IMG/VR virus record: IMGVR_UViG_2541047698_000016
Span: 1-15,911 of that record
Reading direction: 5' to 3' (one strand)
DNA length: 15,911 nucleotides
Source of the DNA: a virus
Lineage: Duplodnaviria > Heunggongvirae > Uroviricota > Caudoviricetes
Within the stretch, counting starts at the first letter, position 1, and each line of letters starts with the position of its first letter. Below the pieces are notes generated by a model, which worked only from the letters and a program-made list of their open reading frames with translations, did not search any database and had not been told where the DNA came from. The position numbers and the translations under genes are program-made. Shown here piece by piece: positions 8,536-15,911 of the stretch.

Positions 8536-9063
8536 TTAATCAATTTTATTACTTTTACCTGCAACCTTTTTATTATAGTGATAACAAGAAATAGCACTAG
8601 CAAAATAGGATTTTGTCATCGATACGAAAAAATCCAACAAATCTGCCATGTTATCAATATCAATATTTGGTTTAGTTTTACTGGCTTTAGTAATCTTCAT
8701 GTAGAAGTCCACAAACTTACTTTTTTCTTTATCCGTAATCTGATAATTCAATTGATGACTGATTTTATTTCTTATGCTGTTAAAGTCTTTTATTCTTAAA
8801 TATATTTCATCATAAGGGGGGGTTGCAGGCTCATGTTGTATTAAAGCTATTTTTTGTGAAAATGTGAGTTTTGCATCACCCCAAGCTAACGAAGGATATC
8901 TTAATCCAAGATAATCAGTAATATACTTTTCAAGGCTCAAGTGCGCAGTAAGAAAGGCACCTATGAAGGCAACGTCAACCCCATCAACACGTTCCCATAT
9001 GCTTTCATTTTCATCAGTCATACCTGTATACACAGCGGTTGATGCAAGATCTTTCCAGTCCAT
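8536..9063 (-). CDS. Hypothetical 175-aa protein in the G–FI (Z/fun-position) hotspot; candidate anti-phage / abortive-infection effector with a possible HEPN-like R-x4-H motif
   Basis: Intact ORF with AAGGA Shine-Dalgarno 8 nt upstream of ATG and its own sigma70-like promoter. Strongly AT-rich compared with flanking tail genes. Predicted soluble and mostly helical; contains ...FNSIRNKISHQ... (R98-x4-H103). I recall no homolog. Confidence 0.7.
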   Translation of the reverse strand: MDWKDLASTAVYTGMTDENESIWERVDGVDVAFIGAFLTAHLSLEKYITDYLGLRYPSLAWGDAKLTFSQKIALIQHEPATPPYDEIYLRIKDFNSIRNKISHQLNYQITDKEKSKFVDFYMKITKASKTKPNIDIDNMADLLDFFVSMTKSYFASAISCYHYNKKVAGKSNKID

Positions 9064-9098
9064 GCTTTATCCTTTTAAAGGTGAATTTAACGAGTTTA

Positions 9099-9127
9099 AT
9101 TTTATCTCAACTCAATACTTATCTCAA
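9099..9127 (-). promoter_or_regulatory. Sigma70-type promoter for the hotspot gene: -35 TTGAGA, 17-nt spacer, -10 TAAAAT
   Basis: Read on the minus strand: TTGAGA (plus 9122-9127), 17 nt, TAAAAT (plus 9099-9104). This would give a leader of about 28 nt before the ATG at 9063. Confidence 0.45.
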
Positions 9128-9452
9128 AATTTATGAGTAGAAATAACATCCACAAAAAACCATTAAAGCCCTTTTACCTCTTATTATTGATGAAAATGTA
9201 CATTTTTATAAAGAATGTCGAAGAACCTCCTCAGTGGAACTATCAACTACACATTGCAAGACTAGAGTATGTGCAAACCTTTTGACAAGGTTCTGAAATA
9301 TTCATGGTGGCCTTATTATATCAATTTATCTTCACTTTATACATTAACATAGCATGATGTTGATAATGTCCGCTCCTAGCACAGAGCGGACTGTCAGATT
9401 AGGCCTTACTCTGTACTATAGCTATGTTAACTAACACAAGAGATCATATCAC

Positions 9453-9980
9453 TTATTGCGGCATTTCCGGCCATTCAGGATTTGCAGGATCCACACGGCT
9501 GACCAGAACACTGTAGCGTTCCCATGCTTCCAGTCGGCTACGCTCCTCATCTGTTGCCATGTTCAGCCTGACAGCGCGCTCCAGTGGCAAAATCACGGAT
9601 TCAGCATCTGCAAGAAGTCTGGCTTTCCGGTTTTCTGCCTGCTGCTGCAATTCCTCTGCCGTATAAATGCGTTTAATCACTTTGCCGTCCTTAAACATCC
9701 AGTTCCCTGAAATGTCCGCCCGTCGGTTAGCAGTAATATCCGCCACTTCAACCACACTTAATCCATCTGGTCTGATAGCTGTCACATCTTTTTCCACATA
9801 GCGGATAATATTATCCTTGTCGTACGCTATTTTTATCGTGTCATCAGCAAAATACTTTTGTTCTTCGTACCAGTTCTTACCATCTTCTGTAAAAAACCAG
9901 ACAACATCAAAGTCCTTTGTCAATTGATATTGTTCAACCGTTTTTGGATTACCCGCGGTTATATTTATCAAATGCTGCAT
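9453..9980 (-). CDS. G: Tail fiber assembly chaperone gpG, 175 aa
   Basis: Conserved C-terminal ...[43 protein letters not shown] and N-terminal MQHL...GNPKT..EQYQLTK match my recollection of P2 gpG. Lies immediately downstream of H. Confidence 0.88.
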   Translation of the reverse strand: MQHLINITAGNPKTVEQYQLTKDFDVVWFFTEDGKNWYEEQKYFADDTIKIAYDKDNIIRYVEKDVTAIRPDGLSVVEVADITANRRADISGNWMFKDGKVIKRIYTAEELQQQAENRKARLLADAESVILPLERAVRLNMATDEERSRLEAWERYSVLVSRVDPANPEWPEMPQ

Positions 9981-9983
9981 AAA

Positions 9984-12302
9984 TTATACCTGTGCCACGT
10001 TATACCATGTCCCGTTAATGTATTTCTGCACCGGTCTGTAATATACGCCACCAATGTTATCGGCAGAGTTTGAGCCGGTATCCTGAACAATAATGCCGGA
10101 ATATACACACCCGGACGGTGCCTGATGTGTCCATGTCATGCCATTGTTCGCAGGTTTGTATGTGGCAGCACCACCAAGCCGGATATCCCGGACATAGCGT
10201 GAATCAAAATTACTATAGTTAGATGGTGATACCTGCCCGTTAACAGCAAAAGTGATGCTGTTATCTGTATTTCTCTGACTGTAAAAATGCCAGCCTGCAT
10301 CATCACCTAATTCAGCCACCACCGGACGACTTGAGTTTCCCCACAAATTGAATGCGGCTTCCTTCGTGGATGTATTACTGCTGCTGACCGTGAATTTTTT
10401 CCCGCTACCGGCACGTACTTTGGTACTTGAGGCAATATCACCAGTAACACTCAGGCCATGCCCCATTGATACAGCACCCGTGGCATCATTTATAATCAGT
10501 GGTCTTAAATTATTATAAGTGCCTAATCTGTCACCTGATTTAGTCAACATAAAATAAGTGCTGCTGCCATCATTCCTGATAAAGAATCCATAATTGCCAT
10601 AAGCAATGCGCAGACCATTAGCACTGCTTGATGTAATCTCACCTCTTGAACGGAGACCATAAGCGGAGCTGAGTGATAATTCTTCCTGAGCATCAGTATT
10701 ACCAGTCGCCCAGCGAACTACCCCGCCCTGTACTGTTTCATGCCAGATAGTGTCTCCTTCTCCACCACGAAACTTTCTGAGATATTTTTTGCCGCCTCTG
10801 GTGCCTGAACATAAGGCCGTAGACATATAGGCATTCTGGCTTCCGCCATCCTGATTAATCGTTCCGGTCATTGCGTCGCCCTGACGATTCCAGTCACGAC
10901 GCCAGCCGGGGGAGTAGCCGTCCCCATGATTAATGTAAGTGAATTGCGCGCTGGTTGTACCGCCACCGCTTGATGTTGTCGGCGTGGTCACTCGGATAGT
11001 GATTGCAGATTTAGTTCCCATGACCTCGACGACACAACCAGCCAGGTGGATATCACCACATCCGGTATCCGTAATGATTTTGTTATTTGCATATGACCAG
11101 GAGCCTTTGCACATCCAGTACGGATGATTAAATGCACCACGGGAATCCAGCCATTCAATAAACTGAGCGGTTGTCCAGTTTCCGGCTTCAGTGCTCAAAG
11201 CGCCGCTATAAGCACGACAGGCACCGATATTTTTCGTGAAGGTATCCTTTCCCGGAATATCCGCACCGTTCTGATCTTTCTGAAGACGTTTTTCAGCATT
11301 GTCATAGGCAGACTTCACTGCTTTTGGCGTTGCCGCGAGGGTTTCAGAATCACTGTTGGTGGCGCTACTGAGCTGGACAAGCCCTTTTCGCGCTGTGGTG
11401 GCATCCTGTGCAGTGTATTTCCCGTTAGCAAGGTCATACGCTGTCTTAACCGCCTTTGGCGTTGCCGCAAGCGTTTCAGAATCGCTGTTGGTGACGCTAC
11501 TTAGCTGGACAAGGCCTTTTCGCGCGGTGGTGGCGTCCTGTGCGGTATATTTCCCGTTAGCCAGGTCATATGCTGCTTTTACCGCTTTTGGTGTTGCAGC
11601 GAGCGTTTCAGACGTGCTGTTGGTGGCACTACTGAGCTGGACAAGACCTTTTCGCGCTGTGGTGGCATCCTGCGCAGTATATTTCCCGTTAGCAAGGTCA
11701 TACGCGGCCTTTACCGCTTTCGGCGTTGCGGCCAGTGTTTCAGACGTGCTGTTGGTCGCACTGCTTAACTGAGTAAAACCTTTGGCGGTCAGCGAGGCGT
11801 CCGGGTGACGTCGTGACTGTTCGTGCTCTGCAATTTTGTCATCAACGTAATCCTGCGTCGCCATCACTGTTGTGGTGTCAATGGTCAGCTCCACTGAGGC
11901 CACACTGCTGACGATGATGACCATGCGACAGGTCTGCGAACGCCCTGAGCCTTCGGCGAGAGCTGGCTTATAACTTTCGGCCATGTTCGCCACAGCAATT
12001 AACGTTCCCGCATCATCGTACAGGCCAAGCTCACGCATCCAGAAACCGCCCACCTCCGGCGGAATAACCAGCTCTGCGATAATATAATTACTGTTTCGTT
12101 TGTCCTGGCTGATTTTGTTCAGCGCATGTCGCCAGACTTCGTGGATAAGCCCGGTCTGTCCGGCATCCGGGACAGGCAATTTACCACCGCCATCCCCGAC
12201 GGCCATCGTGGTAATGTTGACCTTCCGCCCTCCCGGTGCGGTTGCCGCTGCCAGCTTTGCTGCACCGGCAGTGGTGATAACGGTTCTGAATTTTGTGCTC
12301 AT
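9984..12302 (-). CDS. H: Tail fiber protein gpH, 772 aa, with internal tandem repeats and a mosaic receptor-binding region
   Basis: N-terminus MSTKFRTVITTAGAAKLAAATAPGG... and C-terminus ...RPVQKYINGTWYNVAQV are P2 H-like. The central region carries 44-aa tandem repeats and a Cys/Trp-rich domain. Confidence 0.88.
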   Translation of the reverse strand: MSTKFRTVITTAGAAKLAAATAPGGRKVNITTMAVGDGGGKLPVPDAGQTGLIHEVWRHALNKISQDKRNSNYIIAELVIPPEVGGFWMRELGLYDDAGTLIAVANMAESYKPALAEGSGRSQTCRMVIIVSSVASVELTIDTTTVMATQDYVDDKIAEHEQSRRHPDASLTAKGFTQLSSATNSTSETLAATPKAVKAAYDLANGKYTAQDATTARKGLVQLSSATNSTSETLAATPKAVKAAYDLANGKYTAQDATTARKGLVQLSSVTNSDSETLAATPKAVKTAYDLANGKYTAQDATTARKGLVQLSSATNSDSETLAATPKAVKSAYDNAEKRLQKDQNGADIPGKDTFTKNIGACRAYSGALSTEAGNWTTAQFIEWLDSRGAFNHPYWMCKGSWSYANNKIITDTGCGDIHLAGCVVEVMGTKSAITIRVTTPTTSSGGGTTSAQFTYINHGDGYSPGWRRDWNRQGDAMTGTINQDGGSQNAYMSTALCSGTRGGKKYLRKFRGGEGDTIWHETVQGGVVRWATGNTDAQEELSLSSAYGLRSRGEITSSSANGLRIAYGNYGFFIRNDGSSTYFMLTKSGDRLGTYNNLRPLIINDATGAVSMGHGLSVTGDIASSTKVRAGSGKKFTVSSSNTSTKEAAFNLWGNSSRPVVAELGDDAGWHFYSQRNTDNSITFAVNGQVSPSNYSNFDSRYVRDIRLGGAATYKPANNGMTWTHQAPSGCVYSGIIVQDTGSNSADNIGGVYYRPVQKYINGTWYNVAQV
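11300..11790. repeat. Tandem repeat, 132-bp unit, about 3.7 copies, in frame within H (44-aa phage tail-fiber repeat)
   Basis: Unit starts at 11341, 11473, 11605 and 11737, with a partial copy from about 11300. Copies are roughly 90% identical and encode (Q)LSSATNS(T/D)SETLAATPKAVKAAYDLANGKYTAQDATTARKGLV. Confidence 0.85.
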
Positions 12303-12312
12303 TATTCCTCAC

Positions 12313-12843
12313 TTATCCGGGGTAAACCGTAATTACATCGCCGTCGTAAGCCACACCACCGGCGAACAGGTAGCCGGGAATGTCCCGGGTAATGTTCAGG
12401 CCAATAAGGTGGCGGCTTGCAGGTTTGGCATCAGCAATCAGCCGTTCCATTTCCTGATACATTGCCTCTGTGATGCCGCTTTCCAGTACACCAATATCAA
12501 GCCGGAAGGTGCCGGGCGGGTCACTGTTTTCCCACCACTCCGTCACGTTGATGAGATAGCCGAGCGGCTCCACCACACGCCGGATTGCACCTATTGTGCC
12601 TTTATGACAGTGGATGAAATACGCATCGCGGATAACGGCGCGTTTTGTCGCTTCCGGCCACTTTTCATCCCACCTGTCGACCGAAAACGCCCACGCCAGC
12701 CACGGCAGCAGATTTGCCGGACAGGTGTCCGGGTTCCACAGCTCACGAATACTGACCGGCGTTTTTTCAATTTCCGCACAGGCTTTTGCGGCGGCGACCT
12801 CAAGCGGTGATGAGCCGGTCGGCAGCAGTCGCGAATCACTCAT
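12313..12843 (-). CDS. I: Baseplate protein gpI, 176 aa
   Basis: Size and position between J and H are canonical; start overlaps the J 3' end by 8 nt. Confidence 0.85.
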   Translation of the reverse strand: MSDSRLLPTGSSPLEVAAAKACAEIEKTPVSIRELWNPDTCPANLLPWLAWAFSVDRWDEKWPEATKRAVIRDAYFIHCHKGTIGAIRRVVEPLGYLINVTEWWENSDPPGTFRLDIGVLESGITEAMYQEMERLIADAKPASRHLIGLNITRDIPGYLFAGGVAYDGDVITVYPG

Positions 12844-13744
12844 CCGAGCCTCCGGTCACGACGCGGTATTCGGTACAGAAAGACGCCTGCGTACTGTTGA
12901 GCACGATGTCGGCCAGTGGTGCAGCCAGTTCGACACGCTGCACACCTTCCACATGCAAAGCGGCATAAATGGCAGACAGACGGATGTCGCGCCCCAGCCT
13001 GTGCTGTGCCGTGATATACGCTTCCAGCTTTTTCACAGCGGCAGCGCGGATGGGTTCGCTTTCGGGACCAGGGTAAAGGTAAAGCGTGGCGTTTATCTGG
13101 TATTCAACGATGGCGGCAGACTGCACGGTCACGCGGTCGGCCACCGGCCTGACGTCCTCGCCATTAAGGGCGTTACGCACCACAGCCAGCAGGTCTTCGG
13201 ATGCGACGCCGTTATTTTCACGTGACAGCACAGAGATAGTGACGCAGGCCGGAGACGGACTGGTGACAGAGATATCCGCGACACGCCCGTCGGCACTGCG
13301 GCCATGATACTGATAGGCACCCACCGACCCGGCGACGCTTAAACCTTCAAACGCCTGCTGAATACGCAGCCGATAATCGGTGTCAGATTCCATCACTGCC
13401 GGTGTCGGCGGAATGGTCGAATCATCTGCCGGGGTGATAGTCAGGCGCGTGGTGTTGTAATTGGCACCAATCACATCAAGGTCATTACCGGCGGCACAGG
13501 CCAGCATCACCGCCCGTGCGGCCTCATTCACACGCTGACGCCAGATAAGCTCACGATAAGCATTTTCTTCCAGCAGTTTGACGAGAGGCTCAGATTCCAG
13601 TGTCAGGGTACGGGCGACCGCCTCCTGCTGATCTTCCGGGTAAAGGGAAATCAGTGTCGCCTTGCGTTCAGCGAGAATGCTTTCAAAGTCCAGCTCCTCG
13701 ACCACATCCGGTGCGGGTAGCTGGTTCAGGTCGATAATCGGCAT
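12836..13744 (-). CDS. J: Baseplate assembly protein gpJ, 302 aa
   Basis: Size and position between W and I are canonical for P2; gpJ is a gp6-like baseplate wedge protein. Confidence 0.85.
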   Translation of the reverse strand: MPIIDLNQLPAPDVVEELDFESILAERKATLISLYPEDQQEAVARTLTLESEPLVKLLEENAYRELIWRQRVNEAARAVMLACAAGNDLDVIGANYNTTRLTITPADDSTIPPTPAVMESDTDYRLRIQQAFEGLSVAGSVGAYQYHGRSADGRVADISVTSPSPACVTISVLSRENNGVASEDLLAVVRNALNGEDVRPVADRVTVQSAAIVEYQINATLYLYPGPESEPIRAAAVKKLEAYITAQHRLGRDIRLSAIYAALHVEGVQRVELAAPLADIVLNSTQASFCTEYRVVTGGSDE

Positions 13745-13748
13745 GGTT

Positions 13749-14096
13749 TCAACTCACAGGGATGGTTAATGAAAGTGGCTGGCCGGTGTCGTTGTGCTGG
13801 CCGGTTAACGTGACCGTCATTCGCCCGTCAAAACTGCGCTCAGTGGTGACGGATGACAGGGTGACGCGGGGTTCCCATTTCAGCACCGCCATGTAACAGG
13901 CGACCTTAATCTGCAACTCAAGCGCCGGGGTCTGCGGCTGGTCAATCATTGATGCCAGCAACGAGCCGTAATCACGACGCATCACCCGTGAGCCGACCGG
14001 TGTGCGCAGGATATCGCCGATACTCTGGCTGATATGCTCAAGGTCAGTGACAGTCAGGCCATCACTGCGATTCATTCCGAGATAACGCGCTGTCAT
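13749..14096 (-). CDS. W: Baseplate protein gpW (gp25-like), 115 aa
   Basis: Size and position match P2 gpW; start ATG overlaps the V stop (ATGA). Confidence 0.85.
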   Translation of the reverse strand: MTARYLGMNRSDGLTVTDLEHISQSIGDILRTPVGSRVMRRDYGSLLASMIDQPQTPALELQIKVACYMAVLKWEPRVTLSSVTTERSFDGRMTVTLTGQHNDTGQPLSLTIPVS

Positions 14097-14728
14097 AAAG
14101 GACTCCCGGTTGTGCCGCCGCTGTCGCCGGGGTGTTTATGGGTATGCAGTACCTTACCGTTTGATGAGAGTTCACCGCCGGTGTGTTCAATGTTGCCGCG
14201 CATCGTCCCGCCCTTCTGCACTTCCAGCGTGCCGGTAGTCAGTTTGTTGGTGCAGACCACTTCCGGTGTGTCCAGGGTGATGCGGGTTGATGCTTTCACC
14301 ATAACCACCGGCACCGTGGCAGTAACAGAATCAGAAGCCATCACGCTGGCCGTTTTAACTCCGCTTACCGTGAGCGCACTGGTTTCAGGTTCATACTCAA
14401 TCACCGCCCCGTCAGGGAAACGGATATGCAGGGCATCCGCCGACGCAGACGGCGCGGGGTTATCGCCGGAATAAATCCCCGGCAGAACGAACGCCGTGTC
14501 GAGTTCACCGCCCACGGCCAGAATCAGCACCTGTTCCCCCACGGAAGGTGCCCACCATGTGCGCGAACGTCCGGCGCGATGGGTCAGCCACTGAAGCCAG
14601 TCGGTGCACATGCCGCCGGTCTGCACACGGCAGCGACCGGCGTTAAGGTCGGTTTCGACGATAATACCGGTGCGGATCATGTTGCGCAGTGCACGCGCGA
14701 GTTCCTGAATATTTGCGAGAGTGTTCAT
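14093..14728 (-). CDS. V: Baseplate spike/hub protein gpV, 211 aa
   Basis: MNTLANIQELARALRNMIRTGIIVETDLNAGRCRVQTGG... matches my recollection of P2 gpV (211 aa). Start placed at ATG (plus 14726-14728) rather than the ORF-track TTG at 14746. Confidence 0.82.
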   Translation of the reverse strand: MNTLANIQELARALRNMIRTGIIVETDLNAGRCRVQTGGMCTDWLQWLTHRAGRSRTWWAPSVGEQVLILAVGGELDTAFVLPGIYSGDNPAPSASADALHIRFPDGAVIEYEPETSALTVSGVKTASVMASDSVTATVPVVMVKASTRITLDTPEVVCTNKLTTGTLEVQKGGTMRGNIEHTGGELSSNGKVLHTHKHPGDSGGTTGSPL

Positions 14729-14811
14729 GCATGTGAGATTGCACAATATATAAAAGTTATGCTATCTGGATTCATTTGTAGAACTACCAGACAACATTCA
14801 AGGAGAGCGTA

Positions 14812-15597
14812 ATGGTCAGCTATAATGTGACTAATGTGTGGGGGCTAATCGTTTTTTTCCTTTGTAGCTTTGCAGTATTAGCATTTTTTAGCTTTGGTAA
14901 AAGTAACCTTATGAGGCTTATTGCACATTATTTCAATTTTGGATATTCAGACAAAAAATTAAAAAGACTTGACCGCGAGTGGCGCGACATTCAACTATTT
15001 AAAATAATTAACGGAATCAATGTATCAGGCATTGAAAATGTGAGAATGATACAGCAGGGACTGATTGATGGAAAACTAAAAACATCGTATTTTTTTCTTA
15101 CTCGCATCTGGGGTGACATAACAAAACCACCACACATAATTAAAACAATAATTGTAATTCTGGCCAGTATTTTTTACATTCTCCTCGCATGTTACATACA
15201 CAACGTACAATCCGTTATAGTAAGGGATGCCATAGGCATACCATATAAAAACATGATGTACTATGTTTATAGTGACAAAGTTCTTTTATCCTTCAAAAAT
15301 AAAGCAGTTGAATTTAATAAAACTTATAGCCTTGCCGATTGCAAGAGACTGCAAAACGTATTTATAAAAGACACACTTCCTGAGATCGCCTGCAATAAGC
15401 TCTTACAGCTAAACGAGGAGGACTCCGAATGGTTAAGCCAGGAGATTAAAGATAATAACAGTCACAAAAAAGCATTATTAATACTATCCCTCGTCTATTT
15501 CACTTCAGGTCTGGTTATATTCCTGTCATATACAAAATTCTTTTACGCCAATAAGAAGGTTTTAGAATACAAAGCATCAAATAAAAATCACTCATAA
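14812..15597 (+). CDS. Hypothetical 261-aa integral membrane protein (3 predicted TM helices), AT-rich moron at the S–V junction; candidate exclusion/defense factor
   Basis: ATG preceded by AGGAGA Shine-Dalgarno at 14800-14805. Strongly AT-rich. Hydrophobic segments at about residues 10-28, 112-132 and 222-240. Divergent from V. I recall no homolog. Confidence 0.65.
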   Translation: MVSYNVTNVWGLIVFFLCSFAVLAFFSFGKSNLMRLIAHYFNFGYSDKKLKRLDREWRDIQLFKIINGINVSGIENVRMIQQGLIDGKLKTSYFFLTRIWGDITKPPHIIKTIIVILASIFYILLACYIHNVQSVIVRDAIGIPYKNMMYYVYSDKVLLSFKNKAVEFNKTYSLADCKRLQNVFIKDTLPEIACNKLLQLNEEDSEWLSQEIKDNNSHKKALLILSLVYFTSGLVIFLSYTKFFYANKKVLEYKASNKNHS

Positions 15598-15603
15598 ACC
15601 TCT

Positions 15604-15638
15604 AAACATTGAGCGACCAGCATGGCCGCTCAATGTTT
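15604..15638 (+). terminator. Hairpin, possible terminator for the membrane-protein gene
   Basis: Perfect 12-bp inverted repeat AAACATTGAGCG / CGCTCAATGTTT with an 11-nt loop, starting 7 nt after the stop codon and followed by TTTAATTG. The T-tract is imperfect. Confidence 0.35.
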
Positions 15639-15700
15639 AATTGCGCATCAGCCTCTGCCTGGATAAAACTAACGCTCAAGGTGAGCCAGGATAATCTCTT

Positions 15701-15911
15701 TAGACTGGCCCCCTGAATCTCCAGACAACCAATATCACTTAAATAAGTGATAGTCTTAATACTAGTTTTTAGACTAGTCATTGGAGAACAGATGATTGAT
15801 GTCTTAGGGCCGGAGAAACGCAGACGGCGTACCACACAGGAAAAGATCGCAATTGTTCAGCAGAGCTTTGAACCGGGGATGACGGTCTCCCTCGTTGCCC
15901 GGCAACATGGT
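15701..15911 (+). mobile_element. IS2 (IS3 family) left end, partial; continues beyond the window
   Basis: TAGACTGGCCCCCTGAATCTCCAGACAACCAATATCACTTAAATAAGTGATAGTC... matches the IS2 left inverted repeat as I recall it, followed by the insC start. Confidence 0.85.
15792..15911 (+). CDS. insC: IS2 transposase OrfA (InsC), N-terminal 40 codons only
   Basis: [40 protein letters not shown] matches my recollection of the K-12 IS2 InsC N-terminus; CDS is truncated by the window end. Confidence 0.85.

Larger units (their letters stand above)
1534..15700. mobile_element. P2-like (Peduovirus-type) prophage, late/tail gene arm ogr through V plus two moron loci; right side interrupted by IS2, remainder outside the window
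   Basis: Contiguous minus-strand genes in canonical P2 order (ogr-D-U-T-E-FII-FI-[hotspot]-G-H-I-J-W-V), with overlapping stop/start junctions typical of phage operons. Bounded on the left by the att core inside cyaR. Confidence 0.85.

Noticed and set aside
9133-9285. 50-aa plus-strand ORF (MSRNNIHKKPLKPFYLLLL...) in the hotspot intergenic region
   Set aside because: No Shine-Dalgarno upstream, and it overlaps the promoter and leader of the 175-aa gene on the other strand. Low-complexity AT-rich translation; probably non-coding.
11356-11772. 138-aa plus-strand ORF with internally repeated peptide sequence
   Set aside because: It is the antisense reading of the 132-bp tandem repeats in H; the repetition comes from the DNA repeat and does not indicate a separate gene.
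12100-13225. Plus-strand ORFs of 236 and 203 aa across H, I and J
   Set aside because: Antisense to contiguous, translationally coupled baseplate and fiber genes; no independent signals.
14729-14746. TTG-initiated 6-codon N-terminal extension of V (MCNLTC-) in the ORF track
   Set aside because: Canonical gpV begins MNTLANIQ at the ATG; the extension uses a rare TTG start with no better ribosome-binding site.
15602-15835. 77-aa minus-strand ORF spanning the IS2 boundary
   Set aside because: Most of it is antisense within the IS2 left end and insC leader. The 33 codons outside IS2 could be a gene remnant, but the open frame is also consistent with chance; kept only as a note under the IS2 finding.
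1-15911. Search for CRISPR arrays, tRNA or rRNA genes, and integrase or other recombinase genes
   Set aside because: I found no short direct repeats with regular spacers, no tRNA-like cloverleaf candidates and no integrase-like ORF. Integration at the cyaR 3' end is consistent with the absence of a tRNA, and the int end of the prophage would lie outside this window.

Overview
Chromosomal yegQ (trhP)–cyaR locus of an E. coli-like enterobacterium, followed by a P2-like prophage integrated at an att core that overlaps the last 27 nt of the CyaR sRNA. The prophage arm runs on the minus strand in canonical P2 late-gene order: ogr, D, U, T, E/E+E' (with a -1 programmed frameshift the ORF track cannot show), FII, FI, then G, H, I, J, W, V. 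Two AT-rich islands with their own expression signals interrupt this ~55% GC backbone and are the main candidates for undescribed biology. The first is a 175-aa ORF (8536..9063, minus) sitting between G and FI, the position of the P2 Z/fun moron locus, which is a reported hotspot for anti-phage cargo. The second is a 261-aa three-TM membrane protein (14812..15597, plus) encoded divergently from V at the S–V junction. The window ends in the left end of an IS2 element (IRL plus the start of insC) at 15701. All protein identifications rest on my recollection of the P2 and E. coli K-12 proteins, not on a database search.
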